Shown piece by piece: positions 1 to 13,467 of a DNA stretch of 64,000 bases. Origin of the DNA: Felis catus. Taxonomy: Eukaryota. The notes beneath the pieces were generated by a model that had not been told where the DNA came from, made no database searches, and saw nothing but the letters and a program-made list of their open reading frames with translations. The stretch covers positions 172,858,001 through 172,922,000 of the forward strand of contig NC_058368.1 of assembly GCF_018350175.1 (NCBI RefSeq). The letters are read 5' to 3'. Position 1 is the first letter of the stretch. Each line of letters starts with the position of its first letter. Position numbers and translations under genes: made by a program.

Positions 1-1206
1 GGTCACCATGTAGAGTGTGAGCCAGAGTGGAACCCAGCACTTAATGTGACCTCTCACTTTTTTAAGATTCATATTGCTTACAAATATCTCAGGGGCTAAA
101 CAAATCCTGCCGTGTACCCACTGTTTTTGCAACCTTTGATTGGAGGGTTTCTGGCTGAGGGCTTTCAGAGAATTCCTCTGCTCTGACCTACCCAGCAACC
201 CAATAAGGGTGGCCAGGCAGGGCTTAACTCATTTGCAGACCTGTTGATCCATTTGCTCCTTTAGCAGATGGTTCCAGAGCTTTCATTCACTGCCTAGCCA
301 TGGGCTAGGTGCCGTCCTAGGGCTTAGTCTAGTGACTGAGGCAGAGAAGGGGGCAGAGGAAAAGAGAGGCTGGTGGTGAGACCACGTCAGCAGGCCTGCC
401 CTGGTTAGGTTGTGTGAGAAAGGATGACGTAGCTTGGCTCCCGCCTGGCATTCCAGGCCTCCTCCACAGTGAGGAGTGGAGGGCTAGGGCTGTGGCTCCG
501 GAGGGAGGCCGAGTGGCAGGAATAGGGCCGAGGCTGCACAGGGCAGGAGGACTTGAGTCCAGATTCCTGTCCCTTCACCCACAGACTAGTGAACTTGACA
601 AAGTCTGTTCCTGCTCTCAGCCTTCTCTAAAAGTGAGATTATGAGCTCCCCATCCCAGGGTAGTTGGGATTCCAGGAGAATATCTCATGTGTCAGGGCCT
701 TGTTTCTGGTAGAATTCTTGATGTTAGCAAGCAGAGAAGTGGTGTGGTGGAGAAGAAGGACAGGGGATGGAGGGCCTGGGAGATTCCCCCTCTAGGGACC
801 ATGGAATACATCCAGGTGTAAGTCAGGGCTGCTTTCGGCCAGGGCTGTGTCTCTCTAGGTCAGGATCTTGGACCACTGACTGCATGGGGCCAGGGTGGGG
901 CTTGTGAATGCAGGTCTTGGGCTTGCCTTGTGCTGACTCAGGCTCTCCTGGGGAGGCCAGGAATTCGGTTTTCACCAGCCCCTTTCAGAGAAGACACCTG
1001 AGGCCTTGCTCCCTGGGAACCTCAGTCCCAGTGGGATTATTCCTGTATCCATTCCCCCGCCCCTCTCTGGTATAGCTGTGAGCAGGACACAGGGCTGGCT
1101 GTGGCCTATTGCTCTGCTCAGTCCTGTTGGACTCCCTGTCTCCCAGGAGCCTGCCTGACCTCTCTCTCCACTTTACCACTTCAGCTCCCCCTCTCTTCTC
1201 CCCCAG

Positions 1207-1367
1207 ACAATGTGGATGACCCGACGGGAAACTTCCGCAGCGGGCCCCTGACAGGGTGGCGGGTGTTCCTGCTGCTGCTATGTGCGCTCCTGGGCATCAT
1301 CGTGTGCGCCGTGGTGGGGGCCGTAGTGTTTCAGAAGCGGCAGGAGCGGAACAAGCGATTCTACTGA
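1207..1367 (+). CDS. LMAN2: LMAN2 (VIP36) last coding exon: transmembrane helix and cytosolic tail
   Basis: Polypyrimidine tract plus CAG acceptor ending at 1206. Translation DNVDDPTGNFRSGPLTGWRVFLLLLCALLGIIVCAVVGAVVFQKRQERNKRFY* matches the VIP36 C-terminus. Confidence 0.97.
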
Positions 1368-1491
1368 GCGGCCGGCGCTCTGCTCTGGGGAAGGCCTGGT
1401 TTTGGGCCCCGGCACTAATGTGAACTTTTTTTTACTGAGATTGTAAAAGAAAAACAAGATGACCTTATTTCTTAACCGTTTCAAAGAAATA

Positions 1492-1864
1492 ATTAAAGTA
1501 TTTTCGTACATTTTGCTTCTTGCCCAGCAGGGATAAGCTGCAGGGCTGGGGAATAGGGTTTGGCATCCCCACACCTGGGGCAGAGGTCCTCACCCATCTC
1601 AGGAGCAGGGAGGAGTCTGTGCCTGGAGCTGGGCCCTGGCAGGTGGCTCTTGAACACTGGAGGGCCCCCCAACCACATTGTGGTGGGTGTCTGACGATGC
1701 AAGCAGTGATTTTGTTCTGTGCGGTGTGTGTTGGTGGAAAAGGAGGCTGACTGGGGAACCTGGGCCTTTCTGGTCACCCTCTGAGCTTCTTCCCAAGGCA
1801 GAGCCTCAGTGAGGCTGGAGGAGCAATTTGGTGGGGCTCAGAGTGTGACCGTTTGCTAAATAAA
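1492..1864 (+). terminator. LMAN2: Candidate LMAN2 poly(A) signals: ATTAAA 1492-1497 and AATAAA 1859-1864
   Basis: Hexamers downstream of the stop codon; the first is followed by T-rich sequence. Confidence 0.65.
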
Positions 1865-2496
1865 GTGAAATAACCAACCTCAGCTGTGTGACTGTCCTAA
1901 GGGGCTTGCTTTTCTTTTCCTTCAAGTAACTTCCAGGTGGCCAGTGGTTTACAGCTCTCAGCCTCATCCCCTTGGCCTTGCCACACAGCCCCAGGAGGCA
2001 AGTGCTGTGCTCCCTGTTCCCAGATGGGGAAGCACAGCTCTGGGAGGTCAAGCGAAACTTGCCCAGTGTCACATAGCAAATGAGGTCATGGGGATGGGGC
2101 CTTGTGCCATCTTCCACGTTCTCTGAGCCTCTCACTCTGGGCAGGGGAAGATGTAGGGTACCACACAGAGGGTGGGACCTAAGTGCAAGCGAACTCTAGG
2201 GAACTCGGGCTAAGGGGGGCTTCAGGAAGATCTGGAAGGGATTTGTGGGTACAGAAGGACAGGTTGGGGTCGGTAATGGTATTCCCTTTGGGGTGCCTCG
2301 AGGGGAGAAAGATGGCACAGGGAGTGGAAGAAAGCCGGCAGCTAGAAGGAAAGTACCATCATCTGGCAGCTTTCTTGGGTCTGTCTGTCCTGGCCATGGC
2401 CTGCCTCTGCTCTCCAGACTGTTCTTCGGTGCTCCTGACCCCGCCATGGAACAGTGTGTCCCCATCCATTCTGGAGCCATCTTCAGCATCTTGCAC

Positions 2497-2970
2497 TTTT
2501 TTTTTTTTTTTTTAATGTTTTATTTATTTTTGAGAGAGAGAGAGAGAGAGCGAGCGAGCGAGCTTGAGCGGGGGAGGGGTAGAGAGCGAGGAAGACACAG
2601 AATCCAAAACAGACTCCTGGCTCTGAGCTGTCAGCACAGAGCCCAATGTGGGGCTCGAACTCACGGACTGTGAGATCATGACCTGTGCCGAAGTCGGACG
2701 CCCAACCAACTGAGCTACCCAGGTGCCCCCAGCATCTTCCAGTTAAATGACACTTGAGTCTCTATCTTTAAAAAAAAAAAAAAAAAAAAAAATTTTTTTA
2801 TGTTTATTTGGGGGAGGGGCAGAGAGAGAAGGAGACACAGAAGCCGAAACAGACTCCTGTCTCTGAACTGTCAGCACAGGGCCTGACGCAGGGTTCGAAC
2901 CCACAGACTGTGAGACCATGACCTGAGCAGAAGTTGGATGCTCAACCATCTGAGCCACCCAGGCGCCCCA
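2497..2970 (-). mobile_element. Two tandem Can-SINEs (SINEC_Fc-like), ~2497-2730 and ~2770-2970
   Basis: Poly(T), (GA)n tract, tRNA-derived head ending ...CCCAGG(T/C)GCCCC. Confidence 0.9.
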
Positions 2971-4074
2971 ACTCTCCATTTTAAAAACAGAGCAACCTGT
3001 CTCCCTGTTGTAACCAGGCTTCTTATAATTAACATTCTTGATGAGATTCTTATAAAAAGTGGATAGAAGTAGATGTGGTAAAGAGTAAGAACATATATTC
3101 CTGTCAGTCTTTCACCCTCACTCCCCTGAGCTCTTCATTGATCTACTGTTCATGGTCTCTTATCCCTCTCGATGTGTCCTGTGTACACATAGGACCCATC
3201 TTTTGGCAGGTGAGATGTCAAGAGATTGTTTATAAATTCACAGTGACAGAGAATTCTGAGCTGTGTTTTCTTTTCATGGGGCTGGGAGCCTGTTCATGAA
3301 GCTGTAAGAGAAAACATGATCTTCCTTATTGAAAGAAATATTTTATTGAGCACTTTCCCCAGAACAATTTCTTTACTTGAAAAGTAGCTAACTTTGAGTG
3401 CTTACTATATCCCAGGCGTGGTTCTGAGCAGTTGACACGTATTAACTCATTTCTCTCCACCACACTTAACCCACTTGGACATCAAAAATCTGCTAGGCTG
3501 GGTGGCTCCTGACTCACTGAGCATCTTCTTCCTTGGCGAGTGCCGTGTCTGTACTGACATGAATGACTGAGGCCTGGAATCTGGAACTCTCTGTGGCTGC
3601 TACAACCACCATAATCTGCACTACACTCTCCATATTTGGCCTTTAATTTTGGCCCTATCTTGGCCTTCCCCAAATTCCTGAATTATTAGGCAAATTGGCA
3701 TCCTGTCCTGTATGGCTCTTGCCTTTGGCTGCATGTTGGAGACATCTGGAGAATGAAACTCAGTCCTCTGTGCTCTACAGTTTGGGTTTAAGAAGTAGGT
3801 GGGGTGTGGGCAGGGGCAGTTTGAAAACAACCACGTTGGGTGGTTCAGATGAGCATATAGGCTTGAGAAGTGGCAGGTGTAGACTAGTGATTTGAAGGCT
3901 GATCTTGAAGTGGTCCTGGTCTGTTCTTGGCGGTCAGCGGCTTGTTTGCATCCCTTTCAAAGTTCAAACCTGGAGGTGTTTTCCTAGAAGGTTAGGTTTG
4001 TGTTCTCACATCTGCTTTTTCATATATGTGGGTTCATGCTACTGTAATCTACATTTTTGCCACATGCATTTATT

Positions 4075-4638
4075 ATTTTTAAATGTTTATTTTCGAGGGG
4101 GGTGAGGGGCAGGACAGGGGGCCAGAGGATCCAAGTCAGACTCCACCCTGACAGCAGCTTCAGCACAGTGAGCCCACTGTGGGGCTCGAACTCATAAACT
4201 ACAATCATGACCCAAGCCAAAGTCGGATGCTCAACCGACTGAGCCACCTAGATGCCCTGTCACGTGAGTTTAAAAACAGAGTTATTTCATCATATAGAAG
4301 TTAGATATAAATGTATATCACTGCACCTGTTGTACAGCATGAGAAATGAAACGTGGCTGATGCATTTTCACCCTTCTTTGTCCCCTGCCCAAAATAGGTG
4401 CCCCCCCTCTTGGAGGTAATTGCTGCGGATTCTGATTTTTTTATGTTTCTTTCTTTCTTTAATGTTAAATTTATTTTTGAGAGAGAGAGTGCAAGTGGGG
4501 AAGGGACAGTGAGAGAGGGGGACAGAGGATCTGAAGCTGACAGCAGTGAGCCCAATATGGGGCTTGAACTCATGAACCGTGAGATCATGACCTCAGCTGA
4601 AGTCCAATGCTCAACCAACTGAGCCACCCAGGTGCCCC
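4075..4638 (-). mobile_element. Two Can-SINEs (~4075-4258, ~4450-4638) within an old L1ME-like fragment
   Basis: Typical Can-SINE motifs; the flanking T-rich sequence resembles L1 3' region. Confidence 0.8.
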
Positions 4639-6134
4639 TGATTTTGTTTTATGTTTCTTAAAAATGTTACTGTAGAGGTATGTATCCCTAAACGCATAGT
4701 AGTGTTTTGCATTCTAAAAAATTACAAATGGTACACAGACGTATTCCTCAGCTCTTAAAATTCAGCACTGTTTGTGAATCTTTGCATTAGATGTAGCTCA
4801 AGATGTGGCATAAGTGGACTCCAGTTTCTCCATTTGGCCACTGCTGGATGTTTGGATGGTTTCCAGGTTTTTGCTCTTAAAATGCTGCTCTAAATGTTCT
4901 GGAGCCCATCTCCATCCACGCACAAGTGTGAGGAACTGCCGGGTTGAACTTACTTGTAACTTATGTACGTTCCAGTCTTACTGGTTGTCAGATTGGTCTT
5001 GTGGGTTGTATTCATTCTGCTCCCACCTTGGTGACTGAGATTCCCCCTGCCCATTTCTTAGCACTTGATATTATCAATGTTTACTTATTGATGATCTGAT
5101 AGGTATAAAAGTTTTAATTTGCATTTCTCAGCTAATCAGGTTGAGGATTTTTGTATCCTCAAGGATCCATCCATGGTGGTGTAATTTTTTTGCCCCTCAC
5201 CTTTTTCTTGTGGTTACATGCCCATTCTCATGGGATCTTCAGGTATGTGCTTTTGCGGATTACCTCTCAGCATGTGTGTCTTTTGATTTTCTAATGTCAT
5301 ATGATTTACTGTCTATATTTTAATGTCAATTACTAATCTTTTCCAAATATTTTTCCCCCAAAAGTCTGAAAATTTTGTTCAGACTTAGTTTATAATCTCC
5401 ATGGAATTGACTTTTGTGTGGAGTATGATGTAGGGATCTGGTTTTCCCACTATGTATAGCCAGTTGTCAAAACATTTCCTGACATTCATTCTTCCACACA
5501 AGCCACGCTGCTGAATCAAGTGCTCCAGACACCGCTCCCTCGTCTTCCTCCTGTTTCATGGCTGGAAGGCCAGATGTTTAGCTAAATTCTCCAGCTTCTT
5601 AGCTAGGGTGGCTCTGTGAGAGCTGTGCCTGCCGAGGGGACTCTCGGTAAAAAGCGCCAGATGGCAGCTGGCGTGGCTGTTTGCCCATCCTCCTCCTGCT
5701 GGACAGTGGGGGTGACCCCCAGAGGTGCAAAAGCCCCCTGTGACCATGGGGGCAGTAGTGAGCACCAGAGCTGGGTGGAGCATGTGTCCTCAGGACATCC
5801 AGGGCTGCCGCAGCCCTGGACTGCTGGGCTTTTATGTAAAATAAATAAATTTGTATTTGCTCAAACTACCATGAGTCATGTTTTCTGTTATTTGAGACTA
5901 AGAATAGCCCTCTCCCCTGCCGTGTATATGTCAAGTTTTCTAACCTGTAGGGGTCTTCTCTGCAGGTAATATTGACGTGCCCACTCAATGCCACACACTG
6001 TTGTAGGCCCTGGGACACGACAGCAAAAGGAACTACAGTCCCCCATGGAACTTACAGTCTGATGGGGAAATCAGGTGAAATAAATATTTATAGTATAAAG
6101 TAAGTCTAAAGTATGTACTAAGTATAACATATGC

Positions 6135-6835
6135 TATGTTAGTGCTTACATTTGTTTCTTGTAGCTGCCGTAACTATGTGCCACAGACTGGTGGCTTTAT
6201 TTTAAAATTTTTTTTTTTTTCAGCGTTTATTTATTTTTGGGACAGAGAGAGACAGAGCATGAATGGGGGAGGGGCAGAGAGAGAGGGAGACACAGAATCG
6301 GAAACAGGCTCCAGGCTCTGAGCCATCAGCCCAGAGCCTGACGCGGGGCTCGAACTCACGGACCGCGAGATCGTGACCTGGCTGAAGTCGGACGCTTAAC
6401 CGACTGCGCCACCCAGGCGCCCCATGACTGGTGGCTTTAAATGACAGAAGTTTATTGTCTCACAGTCTGGAGGCTGGAAGTCTGAAATCAAGGTGCTTGC
6501 AGGGCCATGTTTCCTCTGATGGCTCTAAGGGAGAATCCATCCTTACCTCTTCCTAAATTCTGGAGATTCTCTGTAATACTTGGCATTCTTTGGCTTGTAG
6601 ACCTGTCACTCTTGTCTTTGACAACATCATTGCATGGCAGTCTTCACATTGTCTTCCTTCTGTCTCCAAATTTCCCCTTTTTGTTAGCACACCAGTCACA
6701 TTGGATAAGCCATCCCTGTGACCTCATCTGAACTTGATCTACGTAGAGCCTCTTTCCAAATATAGTCATTTTCTGAGTTACTGGGGTGAGGACTCAGCAT
6801 AGCTTTTTGGAGGAACACAACTCAACCTGCAACAA
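6135..6835 (-). mobile_element. MLT1-type MaLR LTR interrupted by a young SINE
   Basis: Motifs such as tttattgtctcacagtctggaggctggaagtctgaaatcaaggtg and acaactcaacc. Confidence 0.8.
6207..6423 (-). mobile_element. Young SINEC_Fc element with TSD gactggtggcttta
   Basis: CpG-rich, near-consensus body; the direct repeat is visible on both sides. Confidence 0.93.
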
Positions 6836-6979
6836 TGATTAAGGGGAACAAAATTAGGGAAAACGGATACAGGGAGTCAGATGAAGATGGAGAAAGACCT
6901 GCATTTGACTAACAATCTATGGGAAACAGAAAGAAAATACATTGAGCTTAAGATTTGTGTATCTTTCCATATATAATAT

Positions 6980-7185
6980 TTCTTTTTTTTTATGTTTATT
7001 TTTGAGAGAGCAAAGACAGCCATCAGGGGAGGGGCAGAGAGAGAGGGAGACACAGAATGTGAAGCAGGCTCCAGGCTCTGAGCTGTCAGCACAGAGCCCG
7101 ACGCGGGTCTCGAACTCACGGACCGTGAGATCATGACCTGAGCCGAAGTCAGTCACTCAACTGACTGAACCACGCAGGTGCCCCT
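6980..7185 (-). mobile_element. Can-SINE
   Basis: Typical body and head. Confidence 0.88.
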
Positions 7186-7239
7186 CTTTCCATGTATGAT
7201 ATTTCAAGAAACATTAACTTTACATATCAGAAACAGCTT

Positions 7240-8570
7240 TTTTTTTTTGTTTAACTGCAGTATTGGCACACAATATTACATTAATTTCAGGTGTACAACA
7301 TAAGAAATTGGCAGCGCTGTTATGCTGTGCTTACCACAAGTATCGCTGCCATCTGTCACCAGGCAACGCTATTTTAATACCATTGACTATATTCCCTATG
7401 CTGTACTCTTTATCCTTGTGACTTATTCATGCCATAACTGAAAGCCTGTATCTCCCACTCCCCTTCACCCATTTTGCCCATCCCTCCCCTCTGACAACCA
7501 TCAGTTCTCTGTATATCTGGATCTTCTTTGTTTTGTTGGTTTCAGTTTTCACATATTAAAGAAGTCATATGGTATTTGTCTTTCTCTGATTTATTTCACT
7601 TAGCATAATACCCACTGGGTCCATTCATGTTGTCGCAAATGGCAAGAGTTCATTTTTTTTTATATAGCTGAGGAATATTCCACTGTGTGTGTATACTACA
7701 TCTTCTTTATCCATTTGTTTATCAGTGGGACACTTGGGTTGCCCCTGTACCTTGGCTGTTGTAAATGCTGCAATGAATAGGGGTGCATATATTTTTTCGA
7801 ATTACTGTTTTTGTTTTCTTTGGGTAAATACCCAGTAGTAGAATTACTGGATCATATTGTATTTCTGTATTTAATTTTTTTTATTAAAATTTTTTTTAAT
7901 GTTTATTTTTGAGAGAGAGTGTGAGCAGGGCAGGGGCAGAGAAAGGAGACACAGAATCTGAAGCAGGCTCCAGGCTCTGAGCTGTCAGCACAGAGCCTGA
8001 TGCGGGGCTCAAGCCCACAAACTGTGAGATTATGACCTGAGCCGAAGTCGGATGCTCAACTGACTGAGCCACCCAGGTACCCCTCTATATTTAATTTTTT
8101 AAGGAACTTCATACGGTTTTCCACAGTGGCTGCATCAGTTTACACACCCACCAATAGTTGTTTGAGGGTTCCTTTTTTCCCCCCACATCCTCACATACAC
8201 TTATTTCTTGTCTTTTTGATTCTGGCCATTCTGATAGGTGTAAGATCCTATTTCATTGTGGTTTTGATGTGCATTTCCCTGGTGATTGTGATGTTGAGCA
8301 TCAATTTATGTCTGTTGACCATCTGTCTTCTTTGGAAAAGAGTCTCTTCAGGTCCTCTGCCCACATTTTAGTTGAATTATTTGTGTTTTTGGTGTTGAGT
8401 TGTACAACTTTATATGTTGTGAATATTAGCTGCTTATTGGATAGATTGTTTCCAGATATCTCCTGCCATTCAATAAGTTGCTTTTTAATTTTGTTGATGG
8501 CTTTTAACCACTGTACAAAGTATTTCTATTTTGGTGTAGTCCCAGTAGTTTATTTTTTACTTTTGTTTTC
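7240..8570 (-). mobile_element. L1 3' region (L1MA/carnivore type) with a nested Can-SINE at ~7875-8085
   Basis: L1 3' motifs ttatttcacttagcataata, ggtaaatacccagtagtagaattactggatcat and gccattctgataggtg. Confidence 0.85.
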
Positions 8571-8674
8571 AAAAGAGTAGCATTGGAAGAATCTTATGAT
8601 TATTATTTGGCATTTCTTGACTTCAGTCAGTAATACTGGCATTGTGTATGTGCACTAAGATCTTGCCTGTGGGC

Positions 8675-8885
8675 TTTTTTTTTTTTCAATGTTTATTTTT
8701 GAGAGAGAGACAGAGTGCCAGTAGGGGAGGGGCAGAGAGAGGGAGACAGAATCCGAAGCAGGCTCCATGCCCCAGGCTCCAAGCTGTCAGCACAGAGCTG
8801 TACATGGGGCTTGAACCCATGAACTGTGAGATCATGACCTGAGCCCAAGTCAGACCCTTAACCAACTGAGCCACCCAGGCACCCG
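8675..8885 (-). mobile_element. Can-SINE
   Basis: Typical body and head. Confidence 0.88.
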
Positions 8886-10319
8886 GCCCATTGTTTTATC
8901 ATGCTTTATTTTGATTTCCGACTTTAGTTCCATCATGGAATAAAGGCTAATTAATTCAACAAGTCTTTGTTAATAAACTAGTATGTACTAGGCAATAGGC
9001 AAGGGATGCAGAAGTACAGGTCCTGCCTCTGTGGAGTGCAAACTCTGGCTGAGAACATAGATTGTATGATCCAGGATCCAGTCTGGACAATATGCCACAC
9101 TAAGTATTTCAGACAGAGGGCACTTAATATAGGGGGTTGGTCATGGGGGTGTGGGAAGGCTGAAAGAACAAAAAGGGGCCCTGAGATACACCAGAAATTC
9201 AGTGTGGGAAACAGATACCTCCCAGAGGTATCAAACAGAAGAGGTGATGTTACCAGAACCCTGGAGCTTGGAGGGCCCTGTGGTTGGTGCTGAAACCTGT
9301 GAGCATATGGAAGCTGGTGGTTACTTGGACTTGCAAGGGAGCCACAGCATTGGTGGGGAGGGAGCCTGGGGCAGCTGGGCTTTCTCAGACTGCAGGGCAA
9401 GTTTCTGGTGCTGGGAGTGCTGGAGGCAGGAGCCCTCTGGCACCTGCTGCTGGCCTTGGAAGAAAGCAAGTCCCTTTTTCCTGCTTCCTTTTCCATCTAA
9501 TACCTCCTCCCAGTAGCAGAACTCAGCAGGAGGCCAGCTGATTAGGGAGCCTGGGAAACGGTGCAGAGTTCCAGACCCAGAATCACACAACAGTATAGGA
9601 AGGCAGGCTTGAGGCTTAGAGATAGTGGGTGAATAACCTGCAGGCAGCAGGCTGCTGAGTGGGAGACCATCTGGAGGGTGGACCCCAAGGACCCTGGATT
9701 GGCCACCACTGCAGATGGTATTCATACAGAGAGAAACCCACTTCTGTGCATGTATTGTGTTGGGTTTTCTTTAAATCAAAGCTGAACCTAATCCTGGCTC
9801 ATGCAAGTGGGGATTGGCGACCAGAGGGAGAGTCTATTATGTAGAAGGAGGGAAGACTTGAAATGAGTAAGTTGGTAAATTTAGAAGGGAGTGGGATCCT
9901 GTGGAGGGAGAATGTTAGGAGGGATATGGGCAAACCCTTGGCTGATGTGGAGTCATGTGGTGGAAGTGACTGATACAGAATAAGCTGGGGGACTTGAGTC
10001 ACGTGCCAGTGCCGTGGCGCATCCTCATGGTCTCAGCTGACCTCCTTGGGCACTACTGCTTGGCTGACATCTCCAGATCTCTGGACTCCTGAACCGAGAT
10101 TCACTCTGCCTGCGAGAGCAATTTCAAGTTGTGTGGCATCACTGCCACCTGGGAGGGCAGAACAGGAAGCCGACAGAAATTACTTGGGATTTTGGTTCCA
10201 GAACTGGTTTTAATGTTTTAAAATATGCAATTACTTGCTTTTCTAGTCTCCTTGCTCTGTGATTCTTGTGTCCTGTGTCTTTTTTTTTTCTTTTTTTTTT
10301 TTGGTTTTGTGGCAAAACC

Positions 10320-10700
10320 AGAGCTGTCAGGCAGCTTCTCCAGGTTGGCAGGGACACTGGCCCTTGGAGCTCCAGCCACCATGTAAGAAACCCCACCACC
10401 TGAAGTCCCCTGCTAGGGAGCCCTGTGGAGGCACTCCAGCTGACAGTTCCAGCTGGTGTCCGTCCTTGGCCACTGGGGCCCAGGTGCCAGATGTGCAAGG
10501 AAGCAGCCATCTGGGCTCCTGCATCAGCTGTTCAAGTCATCCCAACAGAAGCCCAGATGTCATGGAGTGGAGATGAGTTCACATTTCCATGCTTTTTTCA
10601 AATTCCCAGCCCACAGAACCCGTGAGCATAAAAATGATTGTTGTTTTACACCACTAGGCTTCAGGGTAGCCCTTTATGCAGCAGAAGATGATTGGACCAC
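10320..10700 (+). mobile_element. MLT1-family MaLR LTR fragment
   Basis: ccagctgacag...cccagatgtcatggag...aaattcccagcccacagaacccgtgagcataaaaatgattgttgtttt resembles the MLT1 3' end. Confidence 0.65.
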
Positions 10701-11069
10701 ATACATTCCTCGCCATCTCTTAATTTCTCTTTCTGAACTTCCGTTGGAGGTAGAGGAGGGGAAAGGGCATTCAAGTGGTCTCGGCCTTGATCACCCTGTG
10801 GTCTTGTGTTTTCGGTCATCTGGTTGTCGGAAAGTAGGCATTTCCCACTATAGATGTGAGCCTTTAGCCAATAAATAGCTCATGTTGACTCTGCAGTCCA
10901 CATTTATGACATTTGGACTAAGAGCATACATGCCTTCCTCCATTAACTGACCCTTGGGGATAAGGTACCCACCTCTTCCCACTCTGGCAGGCAAGGGAAG
11001 GGCAGTCCCTACACATACAAGGCCAAGGTTTGTATAATTAGGGTAAGTGGCTCCTGACCTACTGGACCT

Positions 11070-11285
11070 ACTTTTTTTTTCCAACGTTTATTTATTTTTG
11101 GGACAGAGAGAGACAGAGCATGAACGGGGGAGGGGCAGAGAGAGAGGGAGACACAGAATCGGAAACAGGCTCCAGGCTCTGAGCCATCAGCCCAGAGCCC
11201 GACGCGGGGCTCGAACTCACGGACCGCGAGATCGTGACCTGGCTGAAGTCGGACGCTTAACCGACTGCGCCACCCAGGCGCCCCT
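11070..11285 (-). mobile_element. Young SINEC_Fc element with TSD ctggacctacttt
   Basis: Near-consensus, CpG-rich, flanking direct repeat. Confidence 0.93.
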
Positions 11286-11514
11286 GGACCTACTTTAATA
11301 TACAACAGGCATGCTGTGCACCTTATAACTGGGTGAATTCTTCAGAGTGTTGGGTGTTGAAGCCTAGGTCTTTGAAAAACATGAGCATTGGCCTTTCTAG
11401 TCTCAGGAAGATGGGATGCAGACATCCAAATGACTGGCATAATTAGACCATGATTCTCAGGAGGGGGTCTGTGAGTCACCAGACTGCTGGTAGTGGAGCA
11501 TGAGAATATACATT

Positions 11515-11898
11515 TTTTTAAATGTTTGTTTATTTTTGAGAGAGAGGGAGGGGCAGAGAGAGAGGGAGACACAAAATTCGAAGCAGGCCTCAGGCTCTGA
11601 GCCTGACGTGGGGTTCAAACTCAGGAACTGTGAGATCATGGCTTGAGCTGAAGTCGGGCCCTTAACCGACAGCCACCCAGGCGCCACGGAATATTCATTT
11701 TTTAAAAAATACTTATTTTTGAGAGAGAGTGCACGCGTGGGAGTGGGGGAGGGGCAGAGATCGAGGGAGACAGAGACACAGAATCCGAAGCAGGCTCCTC
11801 ACTGCACAGAACTGGATGTGGGGCTTGAACTCATGAACCATGACACCATGACCTGAGCCAATGTCAGACACTTAAGTGACTGAGCCACCCAGGTGCCC
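11515..11898 (-). mobile_element. Two tandem Can-SINEs inside a MER5-like DNA element
   Basis: SINE bodies at ~11515-11686 and ~11700-11898. Confidence 0.8.
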
Positions 11899-11949
11899 TA
11901 GGAATATGCATTTTTAATAAGCACTTGAGGGGAATCCTATGTGCACAGT

Positions 11950-12345
11950 GACAAATCCCGATTTAATTTGGGGTGGCCTTTTCCAGCTGTCTTGCTGATG
12001 TTGGTTAGAAGTTAATAGGAGTCATCAGGTGGCACTTCTAGAAAGTTCTTTGAAAGGGCTGGTTCAGCCTGAAGTACCCCCTTCTGCCCTACCCCTCCTC
12101 CTTGCTGGAGTGTCCAGCTGATGTTCGGAAGTGCAGTGGCCCTCTCAGACTATGAGGTGAACTTTGAGACAGACTTCTCATGCTAAGGATGGGCAAGCAG
12201 AAGGCAGGAGCTGCCGGTCTGCAGCCCTCCTATCAGCCTGCACTCCTGATGCTGAACACTTCATTAACATGAGAGAAAAACAAATCTCTGCTTGGTTAAT
12301 ACATGGGTTGGCCTTTTACCCTCACCTAACTCAGTTTCTAACTGG
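11950..12345 (+). mobile_element. MLT1J-like MaLR LTR
   Basis: ctaaggatgggcaagcagaaggcaggagc...acatgagagaaaaacaaatc. Confidence 0.6.
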
Positions 12346-13437
12346 TGCATGAGAGATTTCAGTTATTTAATGAAAATACCAATTTCCCGAAACCATTCTG
12401 GGGATTCTGAAGAGTCTCTGGAAATTGATTTTTTTTAAACCTAGTTAACCGTAATTTACATTACCCAGTGGGACCTAATTCTTCACTCAGAAAGGTTGAA
12501 GCCCTATTTGAAAGAAAAGAAATAGCTAGGTTTTCAAAGTATTTACAGTTCTGCTGTTCTCTTGAGCACCTTGACTAAGAAAACCTGCATTTTATTCAGC
12601 TGCACTCCTGCTCAACCTGTGGCTTGTCTGGCTCTCCTCTGAGCCCCCAGGTGTGCAGGGGCGGGAAGCCTGCCTGCATTTCTGACGATTTTCCCATTTC
12701 TGATCAACTTGTGGCCTGTGCCTTTTTATCTGCACCAACAGAGGTACCATCTCTCAGATCTAGTTGGTATTCTCCCAGAGTCTTCCGGTGCCATGCCCTC
12801 TATTGCCCCGGAGTGTTTGAGGCCTGACTTCCTCCGGTCTGCCCCTGGATCAGCACACCCACCATTTGTAGGGCAGATCACATACCCGCTTCCCCAGACC
12901 ACAGAGATGGAAAACAGTGTCTTATTTTAGTTCTTGTTTCCTTGAGTGCTATCTAATGGAGTCACTTCTCATTTATTCTTTCAGGCATGGTGCTTACCCT
13001 CTGAATAGTCTCATCCTGTAGATGTGGGGTGTTGTGGGTGTTTTTTTGTTTTTGTTTTTTGTTTTTGTTGTTGCTTTTTCTGCTTAAGCTTTTCTGTCCA
13101 TATGTATCTGACCTGTAGAAATTTCTCTCAAAATTGTGGGGTCTGAACAGACCATTTGTGTGTTCTTTTTTCTAATAATGGGTTTTTTGGAGAGAGACAT
13201 AAGGGCACATGTCTTCCGTTGAGGTCTGGTCTATATGCTGGCATTATTCAGTTGAGCTTTTTCTTTGTGATGTGAAAAGTAGTCAATTTCTGTAGGTAGG
13301 GCTTGTGGTTTGAAATTGTGTAGTCTTCCGAGGTAGAATTTGATGTATCTTTATTAGATCAGCTTTATTTGGTTGTCCAGATAACTCACACTCTTCCTTT
13401 GTGTGGTTTGTGTGATTGATAAAAACTGATCGAGGTT

Positions 13438-13467
13438 GTGCTCGCTTTGGCAGCACATATACTAAAA
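13438..13467 (+). pseudogene. 3'-truncated U6 snRNA retrocopy (first 30 nt)
   Basis: GTGCTCGCTTTGGCAGCACATATACTAAAA matches U6 nt 1-30 with one C>T at a CpG. Degenerate TSD aaaactgatcgaggt / aaaactcaactgaggt. Confidence 0.9.

Noticed and set aside
8978..9725. ORFs of 172, 134 and 121 aa in overlapping frames
   Set aside because: No recognisable domain, no splice structure and no consistent frame; likely chance.
13438..13467. Functional U6 snRNA gene
   Set aside because: Only 30 nt, no recognisable PSE/TATA promoter, and flanked by a TSD.
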